64,000 nt of DNA from Anthoceros angustus (Eukaryota; Plantae; Anthocerotophyta): positions 62,001-126,000 of the forward strand of contig VJWM01000235.1 of the NCBI GenBank assembly GCA_010909165.1, read 5' to 3'. The position numbers were made by a program, and so were the translations under genes. This document shows positions 62,650 to 64,000 of this stretch, piece by piece. How positions within the stretch are numbered: position 1 is the stretch's first letter; each line of letters opens with the position of its first letter. A model generated the notes under the pieces. The model was not told the DNA's origin. It saw only the letters and a program-made list of their open reading frames with translations, and ran no database searches.

Positions 62650-64000
62650 CATCCTCATCCACGCAGCACAATACGCCTTCCGATATAGAGGTTCACCTCT
62701 CCTCCGTGGACAATCCTGGGCCGGCTGGTTTCAGGACTGCCATCCCATCTGTCTGCTTGACTTCCCCACCTCGGTTCCTCCTTCCGCGACGGTGGCTTTA
62801 GCCACCGTGGTGGTTTCCCCACGGGTGGCTTGCCATCGGCGTTGCCGTGGCTCGCCTTCTTCTTGGCTTGGCTCTCTTGACTCGGCCCTAGCTTCATCTC
62901 TCTCGCTATATCTCTCCGCTTCTTGAATTTCTCCAGAGGCGCCATTGTTTCCATTTGCCCTCGGCTCGCGAGACCTCATCTTGAAGCTCAATTGTAGCAT
63001 GCCCCTTGACCTCGATTCACTAAGGCCTCCTGCTGGGTGGACATGGCCTTACCGCCTCGTTTTGCATAGGGCCGCCTCGCATTCCGTCTGCGCTCCTCGC
63101 CACCTTGTTCTCGCCTTCGGGCTCTCCAACTTCTCCTTGAGCAACTTTTCCTGGCTCGCACACCTGTGAGAGCCATGGTCACTGGTCGAGGAGATCCGCT
63201 CTCGAGCCATGGTCAAGTCGTGGCCTCGCAGATTCTCAATTGCTGCCGTGCCCATTCCTCCACACCGTGACGCGAGCGTGTCTGCCACTTCAGTTCACGG
63301 GTGAAATGTCGCCAAAATGTTCCGGAGTCTGTCATGACTTGGCTATCAAACTAACCCCTCTTCTTCTAGGGGTTGGTTTGCCACTACTTCCTCATCCGCC
63401 CCAATCTCCTAGCGGCGACTCCTCGCACCGAGAGGCACAACTTGTCGCTTCCTTTATTTTCTCCTCCTTCACTGCTCCGATTTCGACCGTGACCCTAGGT
63501 GTGTCAGGTTCCTCTTCGGGCGCCCTTCCCTTCTTCGCCGACGCTCTGCTGCCGCCGCCTCCGCTTGCCCTTGAAACCTCCCCACCTTCATCCGAATCTT
63601 CTAGGGAGGCGACTCAATCCCGGAATCCTTCCTAATCTTCCTTACACTCCTCCTCCTCTACCTTGAGTTCCCCGACCGGCCAGCTATGAAGGGCGACACG
63701 CCCAACTCCGCTAGACACAATGAATACATGAATTAGAAAAGGTGAAATCAAGGAGGGCCGAGGAAGGGAGAGCAAATTCGCCTCTCCTCAGCTGTCTCTC
63801 AAAGATCATCCGCCCCAATCGATTTGTGTACCTTTAACCACCTCATGAAGAAAGACCAGAAGTGGTCCGCCATATGATCCAACTTCCGATCAGAAACACA
63901 AAATCCACTTGGCTAATCCCACCACCGGCAGACACGAGTTGGCGAGTCACCCATCCATTGTTCACCCTCACTTCTCCAGCTTCATGAGCGCAGCCTCCTC
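62650..64000 (-). pseudogene. Diverged retroelement accessory-ORF remnant
   Basis: Minus strand NGWVTRQLV...KLDHMADHF...IDWG(R)MIFER parallels the 24xxx ORF, followed by E/K-rich frames. Confidence 0.5.

Overview
Eukaryotic nuclear DNA from a land plant. The short introns and compact genes suggest a non-seed plant such as a hornwort or lycophyte (inference). Host genes: an unknown Ser/Pro/Lys-repeat protein (-), an intronless GT47-A xyloglucan glycosyltransferase (+), a ~15.5 kb multi-exon BEACH-domain gene (BCHB-like, +) carrying one U12-type and one GC-AG intron, RPL17 (-) and a very compact SICKLE homologue (-). The rest is nested transposon DNA. It includes a young non-autonomous Ty1/copia element (near-identical 193/194-bp LTRs, GATTA TSD), two further copia remnants, three copies of a long TGTGGAA...TTCCACA LTR family (two with perfect TSDs, one carrying ORF cargo), and Ty3/gypsy-type accessory-ORF remnants. 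There is also a CRE-like non-LTR reverse-transcriptase relic with an internal inversion, a CACTA left end and several tandem arrays. The most unusual structure is an inverted duplicate of the GT47 3' half whose spacer holds intron-containing pieces of the BEACH gene located 25 kb away. All alignments were done by eye and all homology calls come from remembered motifs, not database searches.
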